A DNA stretch of 64,000 bases from Myxococcales bacterium (GCA_043747615.1 JAYTOU010000017.1:1-64000), one strand, 5' to 3'; counted from the first letter of the stretch, positions 28,979 to 38,751 are shown. Notes: generated from the sequence alone by a model not told the origin. Numbers and translations are program-made.

Positions 28979-29232
28979 GTGCTGCAAACGCTGCGCGCTG
29001 GAGCTGCGGGAATCGCGGCGACGTTGGCCGACATCGCCGTTCTCACGTTGCTGGTTGGGCTCTTCCACGTCGATGCCCGCGCCGCGAGCATCCCCGCTCT
29101 CCTTGCCGGAGGCGCCGGCAATTTCATCGGCAATCGTCATTTCGCATTTCGCGCGCGCTCAGGATCGCTCGCCCGCCAGGGAGCTATCCCCTCTGGTCGC
29201 GCGCGTTCCATGTAGTAACACCTGAGGGATGA
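28979..29232 (+). pseudogene. GtrA-family membrane protein with internal deletion and frameshift
   Basis: N-half AGAAGIAATLADIAVL...NFIGNRHFAF; C-terminal SYPLWSRAF..PEG* lies in another frame, and its TGA overlaps the next ATG. Confidence 0.7.
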
Positions 29233-30032
29233 GCGATAGCGTCTTCGTCGGTAATCTCCTCAAGGGAAAAGTGGCCTTCGTAACCGGCGGGGGCAGCGGC
29301 ATCGGAGCGGGGATCGCCAAGCGGCTCGCCGAGCAGGGAGCGAAGGTCGCGCTCCTCGGACGCACGCTCGCGAAGCTCGAAGCCACGGCCTCGGAGATCA
29401 AGGCGGCGGGCGGCGACGCCGTTTGCCACGCGGCGGACGTGCGCGAATATGCTGCCGTACACGCTGCGGTCGCGGCAACGGTGGAGCGCTACGGCCGACT
29501 CGACATCGTCATCAACAGCGCCGCGGGGAATTTCTTGGCCCCGGCTGCAACCCTCAGCGCCAACGGATTTCGTACCGTGATCGACATCGATCTCTGCGGC
29601 ACGTTCAACACCTCGCGCGCCGCATTCGAGCACTTGGCAAAAACGCGCGGATCGATCGTGAACATCACCGCGACGCAGGCGGCCGTTCCCACTCCGCTCC
29701 AGTGCCACGCCGGCGCAGCCAAAGCGGGGATCGAGAAGCTGACCCGCGATCTTGCGCTCGAGTGGGGGCGCATGGGAGTGCGGGTCAACGCCGTCGCGCC
29801 CGGGCCCATCGAAGGGACGGAGGGCATGGCTCGCCTCGCTCCGAACGACGCCGAGGATCAGCTGAAGAAGCGGGTCCCGATGCAGCGCTACGGGTCGATT
29901 TTCGAAATCTGCGAGGCGGTCACGTACCTCGTGTCTCCCGCGGGCGCTTACATCACCGGCGCGACGCTGCTCGTCGACGGCGGCCTTTCGCTCATTGGCG
30001 CTGGTCCATTCTTGGACATGATGGGCGCGTGA
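29229..30032 (+). CDS. SDR oxidoreductase, 2,4-dienoyl-CoA reductase-like
   Basis: TGGGSGIG, NSAAGNF, HAGAAKAG, APGPI. Confidence 0.9.
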   Translation: MSDSVFVGNLLKGKVAFVTGGGSGIGAGIAKRLAEQGAKVALLGRTLAKLEATASEIKAAGGDAVCHAADVREYAAVHAAVAATVERYGRLDIVINSAAGNFLAPAATLSANGFRTVIDIDLCGTFNTSRAAFEHLAKTRGSIVNITATQAAVPTPLQCHAGAAKAGIEKLTRDLALEWGRMGVRVNAVAPGPIEGTEGMARLAPNDAEDQLKKRVPMQRYGSIFEICEAVTYLVSPAGAYITGATLLVDGGLSLIGAGPFLDMMGA

Positions 30033-30934
30033 AGCGCGGACGCGGCGAGAAGAACGAGGGTGATCCACACCCCTTCCGCGAGCGCGAGGTGCACGATCTG
30101 CAGCCAGATCGGCGCAAGGAGGGTGACGTTGAGGAGCCCGGCGAAAAGCTGCACCACGTAGAGCACGGCGAGAATGCGCGAAAGAGTGCGCACACCTTCC
30201 GTCGGGCGTAACAGGCGAGACGTGGTGGCGCAGGCGACCATTCCGAGTCCGACGCCGAGCGCGAGGAACGGATGGAGGATCTTGAGACGCACGAAGAGAT
30301 GCGCCGTCGCCGAGAGCTCCTGCGCGAAGCCTTCGGCCAGCGAGCGCACGGGAAAGAGCGTGTCACCCAGAGCCGTGATCGCTCCACTCGTGCCGAGGAC
30401 GATCATGGCGAGCATCGTCAGGCTGAAAATCCAGGGGATTGGCCCCTGCCGGCGAAAGGTGATGCGCGCGTTACCCGAGGCCCACCACGCGGTGAGTGAG
30501 AGCGAAGCGAGGAGAAAAAACGTGTTCGTCAGATGGAGCGACATTGAGAGCGCGCGCTTCACGGACGCATTGTGAGCCACGAGCTCGAAGAGGACGAGCC
30601 CCGCGCCGATGAGCGCTTCGAACATGATGAAGACGACGGAGGCGACCGCAGCGCGACGAACGACTGAGCCGCGCGGCTCCACCCGAAACGCGAAAAACGC
30701 CAAGGCAACGACGAGCATCAGCGCGATGCCGCTAGTCACCCGGTGCGAGAGCTCGATGATCGTTTCGATGCGGGGGGCCCGCGGCATGACCTCTCCGTTG
30801 CACATCGGCCAGTGAGCGCCGCACCCTGCCCCCGAGCCGCTGGCGCGCACGAACGCCCCCCACAGAATCACAAGGACGTTGTAGCCGAGCACCCCCCAGG
30901 CAAACTTGGCCAGCCGCGCGTGGTGTGAGCTCAC
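29948..30934 (-). CDS. ctaA: Heme A synthase (COX15/CtaA family)
   Basis: GAFVRASGSGAGCGAHWPMCNG, ELSHR, conserved TM histidines (SLHL, ILHP, IVHL). Confidence 0.88.
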   Translation of the reverse strand: MSSHHARLAKFAWGVLGYNVLVILWGAFVRASGSGAGCGAHWPMCNGEVMPRAPRIETIIELSHRVTSGIALMLVVALAFFAFRVEPRGSVVRRAAVASVVFIMFEALIGAGLVLFELVAHNASVKRALSMSLHLTNTFFLLASLSLTAWWASGNARITFRRQGPIPWIFSLTMLAMIVLGTSGAITALGDTLFPVRSLAEGFAQELSATAHLFVRLKILHPFLALGVGLGMVACATTSRLLRPTEGVRTLSRILAVLYVVQLFAGLLNVTLLAPIWLQIVHLALAEGVWITLVLLAASALHAPIMSKNGPAPMSERPPSTSSVAPVM

Positions 30935-30981
30935 GTCTCGTTTTTGGCGTTCCAGCACCAAAAAATCAAGGGCTGTGAGCG

Positions 30982-31923
30982 TTACGTGGCCGCTGGCTGC
31001 TTGAGAATGACGCGGTTTCGCCCGCTCCTCTTCGCGACGTATAGCGCCTCGTCGGCGCCGCTGATGAGGTGAGCGCCCGTCTCTGCGGCGAGCTCCGGGA
31101 ATCCGGACACACCGATGCTCACCGTGATCGGCAGGCGCGTCCCTTCGTGATCGAACGACGTTGCCTCCACGAGCACGCGAAGTCGCTCGGCAAAGATCCC
31201 AGCGTGTGTCAGCTCGACCCCTCGACAGATGATCGCGAACTCTTCGCCTCCGTAGCGCGCGAACACGTCTTCGACGCGGACGGCGCTCTGGGTCAGTTTG
31301 CCGAGGCGGGCGAGTACGAAGTCCCCCGCGAGGTGGCCCCAGGTGTCGTTCACGCGTTTGAAGAAATCGACATCGAACATGACGAGAGAGAGGGGCGCGC
31401 GGTGCCTCTTGGCGAACGCGAGCTCCGTCTCCAGTCGCTCGATGAAATAGGTTTTATTGAAGGCTTTTGTGAGCCCGTCGCGGAGCGCGGCTTCGTACAT
31501 CCGCTGCTGGAAGCTCTCTTCCAGGTGGTCGTGGTAGGTGAACTTGAGGATGGTGGTGGAGCCGATGCGGATCTTGTCGCCGTCCTTGAGGATGCGCGAC
31601 TGTTGCACGACCTCTTCGTTGACGAGCGTGCCGTTGGCGCTGCCCAGATCCTCGACGACGATGTCCGTGCCTTTCTGAATGATGCGAGCGTGCTTGCGCG
31701 AGATCCCGTCGTCGTTGAGGCGAATGTTCGCCGTGGCCGTGCGACCGATGACCGTCTCTGCCTGTTCGATCCGATACATCGAGCCGACGCCTTCACCCGC
31801 GAGGACGATCAGGTACGCCCGGTCGCGTGCGGACTTCACCGCCATCTCGGACGGAGCTTGGCCGACGCGGGTCTGCTCCTCCTCCGGCTCGGGAGGAAAA
31901 CTGCTCATGCGGCTGATGGCCAT
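30982..31923 (-). CDS. FHA-GGDEF diguanylate cyclase
   Basis: FHA (IGR..GISRKHA..DLGSANGT); DVDFFKRVNDTWGH, RVED, RYGGEEF. Confidence 0.93.
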   Translation of the reverse strand: MAISRMSSFPPEPEEEQTRVGQAPSEMAVKSARDRAYLIVLAGEGVGSMYRIEQAETVIGRTATANIRLNDDGISRKHARIIQKGTDIVVEDLGSANGTLVNEEVVQQSRILKDGDKIRIGSTTILKFTYHDHLEESFQQRMYEAALRDGLTKAFNKTYFIERLETELAFAKRHRAPLSLVMFDVDFFKRVNDTWGHLAGDFVLARLGKLTQSAVRVEDVFARYGGEEFAIICRGVELTHAGIFAERLRVLVEATSFDHEGTRLPITVSIGVSGFPELAAETGAHLISGADEALYVAKRSGRNRVILKQPAAT

Positions 31924-31970
31924 CCCCCTCATTTTGGGCATCTCGCCATGCGCGGTCAATGCTGAGCTGG

Positions 31971-31990
31971 AAAGGGGGGCGCTCCCCCCC
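31971..31990 (-). terminator. Possible intrinsic terminator downstream of uppP
   Basis: Minus strand GGGGGG-AGCG-CCCCCC followed by only TTT. Confidence 0.35.
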
Positions 31991-32024
31991 TCAACGAGGG
32001 CCTAAAGCAGGTAAACCACCCGCG

Positions 32025-32834
32025 CTACCGCGCTAGAAGCCAGAGGACGACGACGCCAAGAACGATGCGGTAGTAGCCAAACGGCTCGAGGCCCCGCCTC
32101 TGGAGGTAGCGAATGAAGATCGCAATCACTCCCCAGGCCACGAAGAAGGAAACGACCAGGCCGATCGCAAGATTGAGCAGACCCTCGGAAGCCGCGAGGA
32201 CGTGGCGCGCTTTGAGGCCTTCGTAGAGGGTCGCCGCGCCGAGCGTGGGGAGCGCCAGCAAGAAAGAAAATTCCGCGGAGGTGGCGGTGGACAACCCGGC
32301 GAACTGACCGGCCACGATGGTGCACATCGAACGCGACGAGCCGGGCCACAGGGAGAAGCACTGTCCGACGCCAATGATGAGCGCCCGCTTCGGAGTGACA
32401 TGCTCCAAGCCGTCGAGGCCTTTGATACCAAGCGCGCGACGACGCCGCTCGACGATGATCATGACCAACCCCCCAACGATGAGCGCGAGGGCGATCGGCA
32501 ACGGAAAAAAGAGGTGGGCCTTCACGATCTTTCGGAAGAGGAGGCCGGCCACCGCCGTGGGTAAGAACGCGCACACGAGCGCGATGAGAAGGTTCTTTGC
32601 CTCTGGTTTGCCCGTAAGAAACCCTGCGGCACGTTCGAGGAGGAGTCGACGGTAGTGGACGACGACGGCGAGCACGGCGCCAAGCTGGATGATGATCTCG
32701 AACGAGCTCGCGCCTTCGCCTTTCAGACCGAGCAGATGCCCCGCAAGAATCAGATGGCCGGTGGACGAGACGGGAAGGTATTCGGTGAGCCCTTCGAGAA
32801 CGCCGAGCAGGAATGCGATGAACGGGGTGAGCAT
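32025..32834 (-). CDS. uppP: Undecaprenyl-diphosphate phosphatase
   Basis: EGLTEYLPVSSTGH, IQLGA, PGSSRS, EFSFLL. Confidence 0.96.
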   Translation of the reverse strand: MLTPFIAFLLGVLEGLTEYLPVSSTGHLILAGHLLGLKGEGASSFEIIIQLGAVLAVVVHYRRLLLERAAGFLTGKPEAKNLLIALVCAFLPTAVAGLLFRKIVKAHLFFPLPIALALIVGGLVMIIVERRRRALGIKGLDGLEHVTPKRALIIGVGQCFSLWPGSSRSMCTIVAGQFAGLSTATSAEFSFLLALPTLGAATLYEGLKARHVLAASEGLLNLAIGLVVSFFVAWGVIAIFIRYLQRRGLEPFGYYRIVLGVVVLWLLAR

Positions 32835-32872
32835 TGGCCGGCTGCATTTAGCACGGGTAGACTGGGCGAAGC

Positions 32873-33604
32873 ATGACCGCACCGACAACGAGCGATCGCA
32901 TTCTCTTGATCGACGATGAACCCGACTTGCAGCGCTTGGTCGTCTTCAATCTGAAGGAGGCAGGGTTCGACGCCCATGCCGTGGGGACGGGCACCGAGGG
33001 AATCGCGTCGGCCCTGAAAAATAGGCCTGCAGTGGTGATCCTCGATCTCATGCTTCCGGATATCCCGGGCGCCGAGGTGTGCCGGAGAATGCGCCTCGAT
33101 CCATCGCTGGCCGACGTTCCGATCATGATGCTCACCGCACGCGGCGACGAATACGATCGGGTGCTGGGGTTCGAGGTCGGTGCGGACGACTACGTGGTGA
33201 AGCCCTTCAGCGTGCGCGAGCTCGTGCTGCGCGTGCGGGCGGTGGTGCGGCGCGCGAAGGAGCGGCAGGCGGCGCGGACCTCCCCCGCGGTGGACACGGC
33301 GAAGCGGCTCGCGTGGCGCGGGCTCGAGGTCGATCTCATTCATCACCGGGTGTACGCCGACGGCGCGGAGCTCGCGCTTCGTCCGCTGGAGTTCAAGCTC
33401 ATCGCCGTCCTCCTCGAAGCTCCCGGCCGCGTATTTACGCGCGCTCAGCTCCTCGAAGAGGTGTGGGGGACGACGGGGGACGTGCACACCCGAACCGTCG
33501 ACACCCATGTCCGGCGATTGCGGGAGAAGCTCGGCACCTACGGGGAAGCCGTAGAAACGGTGCACTGCGTGGGCTACCGCTTGCGCGATGAAGACGACGC
33601 ATGA
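32873..33604 (+). CDS. phoB: OmpR/PhoB-family response regulator, PhoB-like
   Basis: ILDLMLP, MLTARG, GADDYVVKPFS, RTVDTHVRRLREKL. Confidence 0.8.
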   Translation: MTAPTTSDRILLIDDEPDLQRLVVFNLKEAGFDAHAVGTGTEGIASALKNRPAVVILDLMLPDIPGAEVCRRMRLDPSLADVPIMMLTARGDEYDRVLGFEVGADDYVVKPFSVRELVLRVRAVVRRAKERQAARTSPAVDTAKRLAWRGLEVDLIHHRVYADGAELALRPLEFKLIAVLLEAPGRVFTRAQLLEEVWGTTGDVHTRTVDTHVRRLREKLGTYGEAVETVHCVGYRLRDEDDA

Positions 33605-35343
33605 CCGTCACCTTCCGCGAGAAGCTGCTGGCCAGTCACGTAGCGCTCGTCATCGCCGTCGTCTCCATCGTCATCTTCCAGCTGGATCGCACACTGAGCT
33701 CCGACCTCATCAGGCAGCTCGACCAGCGTCTCGAGCAGCAAGCCCGTGGGGCGGCGCAGTGGGGCGCGAGTGACGGCCGACGTCACCCCGAGAAGATCGC
33801 CGCGCGACTCGCGTTGGTGCTCGACGCGGACGTGAGCCTCTTCGATCAGACCGGAAAGATGGTCGGCGCCTCGACGGCGCAAAAAGACGGACCAGCGATG
33901 GAGGAGAGCGGGCCGGAGGTGGCTTCAGCGCTGCGCGGCGAGATCGGACGCGCATCGCGGATCCCGGCTGGAATGGGAGACGAGATGCATTTCGTGGCCG
34001 TCCCTGCAGCCGATGGCTGGGTGGTGCGCATCGCCGTTCCTCTGTCGGACATCAACGCCACGCTCCGTTCGATCCGTGCACGCCTTCTCCTGGCTGCGGC
34101 CGTGGCGGTGGTCGCAGCTCTCATGCTTGGTCTCTTGGCGTCACGGGTCGCAGCGAGTCCGCTTCGAGCGATGACGGTCTCCGCGACGCGCATCGCGGAG
34201 GGCGATTTCGACATCGATGTTTCGTCGACCACGCCCGACGAGTTCGGAATCCTCTCGCGCTCGCTCTCGTCCCTCGCGTCACAGCTGAAGGCGCGCCTCG
34301 GGGAGCTCACGGCCGAGCGCGATCGCCTATCGGCGATCCTGGCGGGGATGGTCGAAGGCGTGCTGGTGATCGACCCGACCGGCGAGGTGATCTTGGCGAA
34401 CCCTGCCGCGGCAACGATTCTCGACGTCGCTCCGCCGCTTCCGGGAAAGCGCGTCGATGCCATTTGCGACGAGAAAACAGCCCGTTTTCTGGCTAGCACT
34501 CTCGCTGGTCGAGAGACGCGGGAGACCGAAGTAGAAACCAGTGACGAGCGCTTCGTCGCCATCTTCGTTCGCCCTCTCGAAGAGCGCGCGGGCGGCGGTG
34601 TCGTCTCCGTGCTCCGCGACATGACCCCCATTCGGCGCGTCCTGGCGATGAAGCGCGAGTTCATGGCGAACGCCTCGCACGAGCTTCGCACACCGGTGAC
34701 CGCCATCCAGGGCTATGCCGAGACCCTTCTGCGCGGCACGGCAGACGAGGCTACCGCTCGGCAGTTCATCGAGATCATCGAGCGTCACGCGAAGCGCCTT
34801 GCTGGGCTCGTCGACGACGTGCTCAAGCTCTCGGAGCTCGAGGATCGACCGCCCGAGCACGCCGTGAAGGAGTGCGTAGACGTAGAAAGTGTGACGACGC
34901 TGGTGGTCGAGACCATTCACACCCGCGCTGCGAGCGCGAGCATCCACGTGAACGTGAACGTGCCCCCGGGGCTTGAAATTACGGGGGATCCGCTTGGTCT
35001 CGAGCAGGTGCTCGAGAACCTCGTCGACAACGCCGTGAAGTACGGAAAGAGCGGCGGCGCGGTGCACGTGTCGGGGCGGCGCGATGCCGACCGAGTGGTG
35101 CTGACCGTGGCGGACGACGGCCTCGGGATCGAGTCGCCCCATCTGTCGCGCCTGTTCGAACGCTTCTACCGCGTGGATCCCAGTCGCTCACGCGAGCGGG
35201 GCGGCACCGGTCTCGGGCTCGCCATCGTCAAACAACTCGTACAATCCATGAGTGGCTCGATCGACGTCACGAGCGAGTTCGGGAAGGGCACCATCTTCAC
35301 GATGGTGTTCCCCGCTGCGCACGGTGAAGATCGTTCGAGGTGA
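33601..35343 (+). CDS. phoR: Sensor histidine kinase, PhoR-like (TM-HAMP-PAS-HisKA-HATPase)
   Basis: ANASHELRTPVTAIQGYAETL, NLVDNAVKY, LFERFYRVDPSRSRERGGTGLGL. Confidence 0.8.
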   Translation: MTVTFREKLLASHVALVIAVVSIVIFQLDRTLSSDLIRQLDQRLEQQARGAAQWGASDGRRHPEKIAARLALVLDADVSLFDQTGKMVGASTAQKDGPAMEESGPEVASALRGEIGRASRIPAGMGDEMHFVAVPAADGWVVRIAVPLSDINATLRSIRARLLLAAAVAVVAALMLGLLASRVAASPLRAMTVSATRIAEGDFDIDVSSTTPDEFGILSRSLSSLASQLKARLGELTAERDRLSAILAGMVEGVLVIDPTGEVILANPAAATILDVAPPLPGKRVDAICDEKTARFLASTLAGRETRETEVETSDERFVAIFVRPLEERAGGGVVSVLRDMTPIRRVLAMKREFMANASHELRTPVTAIQGYAETLLRGTADEATARQFIEIIERHAKRLAGLVDDVLKLSELEDRPPEHAVKECVDVESVTTLVVETIHTRAASASIHVNVNVPPGLEITGDPLGLEQVLENLVDNAVKYGKSGGAVHVSGRRDADRVVLTVADDGLGIESPHLSRLFERFYRVDPSRSRERGGTGLGLAIVKQLVQSMSGSIDVTSEFGKGTIFTMVFPAAHGEDRSR

Positions 35344-35352
35344 GCGACGCCC

Positions 35353-36468
35353 TCAGTTGATTGGGTAGATGCGGATGGCGTTCGCCGTCCCCGCCGGATC
35401 GTGCTCGGCGACGAAGAGTCGTTTGTGTGCCCCGTCGTAGGCGACTCCGCGCACTCCGAGGAGGCCGGTGATGATAGAGGTCGCCACACCGGCGCGGTCG
35501 ATCTGGAAGACCGTGCCGCTGCTGTTTCCGGTGAAGAGCGTGCCATCCGGGCCCTGCGCGATCAGATTGGGACTTGCTACGTTGGAGAACAAGGTGATGA
35601 TCGGGCCGGCGTCGGCCACCGCGGCATCTCCTGCATCGCCTGCGTCTCCGCCGTCGCCCGCATCCCCTGCGTCGGGGTCGATGGGGGCGGCATCGGGGGG
35701 ATACGTGCCACCGGTAAGTCCCGACTGAAGGACTCCAAAGTTCTGATCCGAGACGTAAATCTTGCGCTCGTTGTAAACGACGCCGATCGGCTTGGACAAT
35801 CCAAGGGCCAGATCGGTTTCTTTCCCGCCTCCGTCGGGGGTGAGTGACAGCTTGGCGAGGGCGCCTTGCACTCCGCCGTCGACCTTCTTGAAATAGGTGT
35901 CGACGAGAGTGCCGTCCGCGAGAATGGCAAGGCCGATGCGGCGCCTGTTGACCGCGAGGTTCCCGAGTGAGCCGGCGTCGCCGCTGGGGTCGACGACGAA
36001 AACGGTGCCCGCTGTTCCGTACCCAAAGTTCGTGACGTACATCGTGCCGTCGAAGAGACGAATGACCTGACCAAGCGTAGGTCCGCCGTCACCCGGATCA
36101 GGGAGATCCCACGTTTTGCCGTACCCGCTCTTGTCCGTCCACTTGACGATCTTGTTGTTTGCGCTGTCTGCGATGTAGAGCGCGGCGCCAACGCCGTAGT
36201 CCCAGAAGAGCCCATTCGGGTCGCCGGCGAAGGCGATCGTCGTTGGCCCACGATCGACGGTGCCGGAGTCGCTTCCGGTGTCCGAGACCGCGTCCGTGCC
36301 GGTGTCGACGCCAGTGGAGGAATCGGTCGATCCGTCGACGGCGGTTGCGTCCGCACCACCGTCGGCAACCGGTTCCGTGGTGTCATCTCCGCCGCACGCG
36401 ACGATGCATGCGCAGCCGACTCCCAAGGCCATCGTACCGAGTGCGAAACGACGGGGCTTCATAATCAT
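35353..36468 (-). CDS. Lipoprotein with NHL/SMP-30-like beta-propeller
   Basis: Lipobox IVAC; DPNGL..LYIAD, KPIGV..IYVSD, GVRGV..LFVAE blades; DAG repeats. Confidence 0.75.
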   Translation of the reverse strand: MIMKPRRFALGTMALGVGCACIVACGGDDTTEPVADGGADATAVDGSTDSSTGVDTGTDAVSDTGSDSGTVDRGPTTIAFAGDPNGLFWDYGVGAALYIADSANNKIVKWTDKSGYGKTWDLPDPGDGGPTLGQVIRLFDGTMYVTNFGYGTAGTVFVVDPSGDAGSLGNLAVNRRRIGLAILADGTLVDTYFKKVDGGVQGALAKLSLTPDGGGKETDLALGLSKPIGVVYNERKIYVSDQNFGVLQSGLTGGTYPPDAAPIDPDAGDAGDGGDAGDAGDAAVADAGPIITLFSNVASPNLIAQGPDGTLFTGNSSGTVFQIDRAGVATSIITGLLGVRGVAYDGAHKRLFVAEHDPAGTANAIRIYPIN

Positions 36469-36517
36469 ATTTCGTTTATCGCACGCGGTGCTCAGTCCGA
36501 ATCGCATCATTCCTCTG

Positions 36518-36535
36518 GTTTACAAAAGTGTCACA
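36518..36535 (+). promoter_or_regulatory. Pho-box-like direct repeat 1
   Basis: GTTTACA-AAAG-TGTCACA, 11-bp period, between divergent genes. Confidence 0.55.
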
Positions 36536-36579
36536 AGGTCGCCGTGCAGCCCGTGGCAGACTCGCCGTCGGAGGCACGC

Positions 36580-37800
36580 ATGTCGCGCTTTGGTAAATCG
36601 GATGTCTTGACGAAGGGGCTCGCTCTCGGCGCTCTCATCCTGATGGAGCGGTCGGCGAACGCGACGCTCTGCAGCACGCTTCCCAATCCCCTGGTCATCG
36701 AGTCGGGCGACACGCAGGAGCCGATGCTGAAGACGCTCGGCAAGAAGCTGCGCGATTCGGCCACACCGATGACCGTGATTTACCGTACGACGGGCACGTG
36801 CGCTCTGATCGGCGACATCTACCATGCGCCTCTCCCGAACCGGATCCCGACCGCGGCCGTCATGCTCTACACGCCATCGAGCGTCGAAGATCCCACGTGG
36901 ACTCCGTCGAAGGCTTCGGCGTCGTGCACGGTCGACGACGCCAGCGGCCTGAGCATCGATATCGCCATCGCCGCCACCTTCGTATCGAGCTGCACGACGG
37001 CCCCGCCCCCCACGGGCTTTGGACTCATCAGCGGCCCGATTCAGGGCTACACATTCATCGTTCCGAAGGCGAGTACGCAAACGGCTCTCATCGCTGAGGA
37101 AGGGTATTTCGCATTTGGGTTTGGCTCGGCGGGAATGATCCAGCCGTGGACCGACACGCACTACCTCTTCACGAGGACTCCGACCAAGAGCACGGCGCTC
37201 ACCCTTTCGGCGGCCATCGGCCTTCCGGTCGGCAAGCTCCTCGGCGTTGCGTTCGACAAGTCGACCGAGGTGCTCAACGCCGTCGCGACCTCACCGGATC
37301 CCGAGAAAACCATTGGTTTGATGGGATCAGAAATCTACGACAACAACCGCGGAAAGGTCAGCGTCCTTCCGTTCCAGGCCTTCAAGCAACGCCACGCGTA
37401 CTTTCCGGATTCGAGCGCGACGGTGTTCGACAAGCGGAACCTGCGCGACGGGCACTACGTCCCTTGGGCACCGACCGTGTACTTGACGGCCGTCGACGGG
37501 ACCAACACACCCACGTTGCCGAATGCCAAACAGTTCATCGAGCTGGTGCTCGGCAAGACCACGCTCCCCGACGTCGATGGCCTTGCGGCGATCATTTCGC
37601 GGGGTCTGATTCCGGACTGCGCTATGAAGGTTACCCGTGCGTTCGACGGCGGAGATCTCTCGCTCTACTCGCCGGTGGCACCGTGCGGTTGTTACTACGA
37701 GAGCAAAGTGCCAGGAGGGGCCACGAGCTGCACGGCCTGCACCGATGACACCCCATGCGGCGGCGGCAAGTGTCGCTACAACTTCTGCGAGGCGAAATAG
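36580..37800 (+). CDS. Exported Cys-rich protein, possible periplasmic-binding (PstS-like) fold
   Basis: Signal peptide (ANA); IESGDTQEP, RTPTKST and NLRDGHY segments recall PBP2/PstS-like proteins; Cys-rich tail. The CDS is secure, the function is inferred. Confidence 0.6.
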   Translation: MSRFGKSDVLTKGLALGALILMERSANATLCSTLPNPLVIESGDTQEPMLKTLGKKLRDSATPMTVIYRTTGTCALIGDIYHAPLPNRIPTAAVMLYTPSSVEDPTWTPSKASASCTVDDASGLSIDIAIAATFVSSCTTAPPPTGFGLISGPIQGYTFIVPKASTQTALIAEEGYFAFGFGSAGMIQPWTDTHYLFTRTPTKSTALTLSAAIGLPVGKLLGVAFDKSTEVLNAVATSPDPEKTIGLMGSEIYDNNRGKVSVLPFQAFKQRHAYFPDSSATVFDKRNLRDGHYVPWAPTVYLTAVDGTNTPTLPNAKQFIELVLGKTTLPDVDGLAAIISRGLIPDCAMKVTRAFDGGDLSLYSPVAPCGCYYESKVPGGATSCTACTDDTPCGGGKCRYNFCEAK

Positions 37801-37802
37801 CC

Positions 37803-38108
37803 ATGAAATCGCCTGTCCTCAGCGTCTTCGCATTCTTCGCGCTCTTCTCCTCTGTCGCCGCATACGTGGGTTGCTCGACCGACGATGCCGTCCACGAGCC
37901 CGCGCCTGCAGACGCAGGCAAAGCCGATACTGGCGCGACCACCGACGACGGATCCACCGGCGACGGCGGGATCGTGCCGGACAACTGCTTCATGAATCCG
38001 ACGACTCACTTCGAGATCATCAACGCGTGCACCGACGCTGCGCGGGTGGACAAGAAGCCGCCGCTGCCGCTTCTTTTGGCAGACGGTGGGCTGCCGCCGC
38101 CTCCGTGA
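37803..38108 (+). CDS. Small lipoprotein
   Basis: Lipobox YVGC; CFMNPTTHFEIINACT; Pro-rich end; starts 2 nt after the previous stop. Confidence 0.75.
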   Translation: MKSPVLSVFAFFALFSSVAAYVGCSTDDAVHEPAPADAGKADTGATTDDGSTGDGGIVPDNCFMNPTTHFEIINACTDAARVDKKPPLPLLLADGGLPPPP

Positions 38109-38129
38109 AGTTGGCAATCAAACGTATGA

Positions 38130-38147
38130 TGTAACAATCCTGTGCAC
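38130..38147 (+). promoter_or_regulatory. Pho-box-like direct repeat 2
   Basis: TGTAACA-ATCC-TGTGCAC, 11-bp period. Confidence 0.45.
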
Positions 38148-38177
38148 GCCGACTTCCGCGGTGACGCCAGCACGCGT

Positions 38178-38193
38178 TGGCGCAAGTTTCGCA
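38178..38193 (+). promoter_or_regulatory. Possible sigma-54 -24/-12 promoter
   Basis: TGGCGCAAGTTTCGCA (GG-N10-GC), 24 nt before ATG 38218. Confidence 0.4.
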
Positions 38194-38217
38194 ACACCGC
38201 CGAGAGAGAGGTTGACC

Positions 38218-38628
38218 ATGCATAGCCAATTTACGTTCGTACGGAATGCCACTTTCGCAATGATGGCTACTGCTCTTGCGGTTGCCGCGTGCAGTGGCTC
38301 GACGACGACGGACACCGGACCCGCGACTGACTCAGGAGCCGGCAGTGGTGATGGTAGCGCCATGGCCGAAGGGTCCACGGGAAGCGACAGCGGCACCGGT
38401 ACGGAGACCGGGAGCGGTACCGACTCCGCGGCAGACACCGGCGGCGGCACCAACAAGCCGTTCGGTGACCCTTGCACGGCGAACGGTAACTGCGCGAGCA
38501 ACGTCTGCTTCATGGGAGGAATGGGATCCTACTGCTCAATGCACTGCACGAGCCCGACCCAAGCCACCGATTGCCCCAGCCCGCCAACGTCCGGCATGTG
38601 CAACGGCATGCACTTCTGCAAGAAGTAG
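38218..38628 (+). CDS. Cys-rich lipoprotein
   Basis: GAGAGG SD; lipobox VAAC; G/S/T/D linker; 8-Cys C-terminal module. Confidence 0.8.
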   Translation: MHSQFTFVRNATFAMMATALAVAACSGSTTTDTGPATDSGAGSGDGSAMAEGSTGSDSGTGTETGSGTDSAADTGGGTNKPFGDPCTANGNCASNVCFMGGMGSYCSMHCTSPTQATDCPSPPTSGMCNGMHFCKK

Positions 38629-38751
38629 CGTTCAGTTGCAGGAATCCTCGGAGGTGAGCACCGAGTGATCCGCCAATGCCACCTCGGTCCCCCAGGGCGC
38701 CGCCGAAAAGGGGACCCGCACCTCGGTCGCCCGCGTGAACGATGGGAGAAT

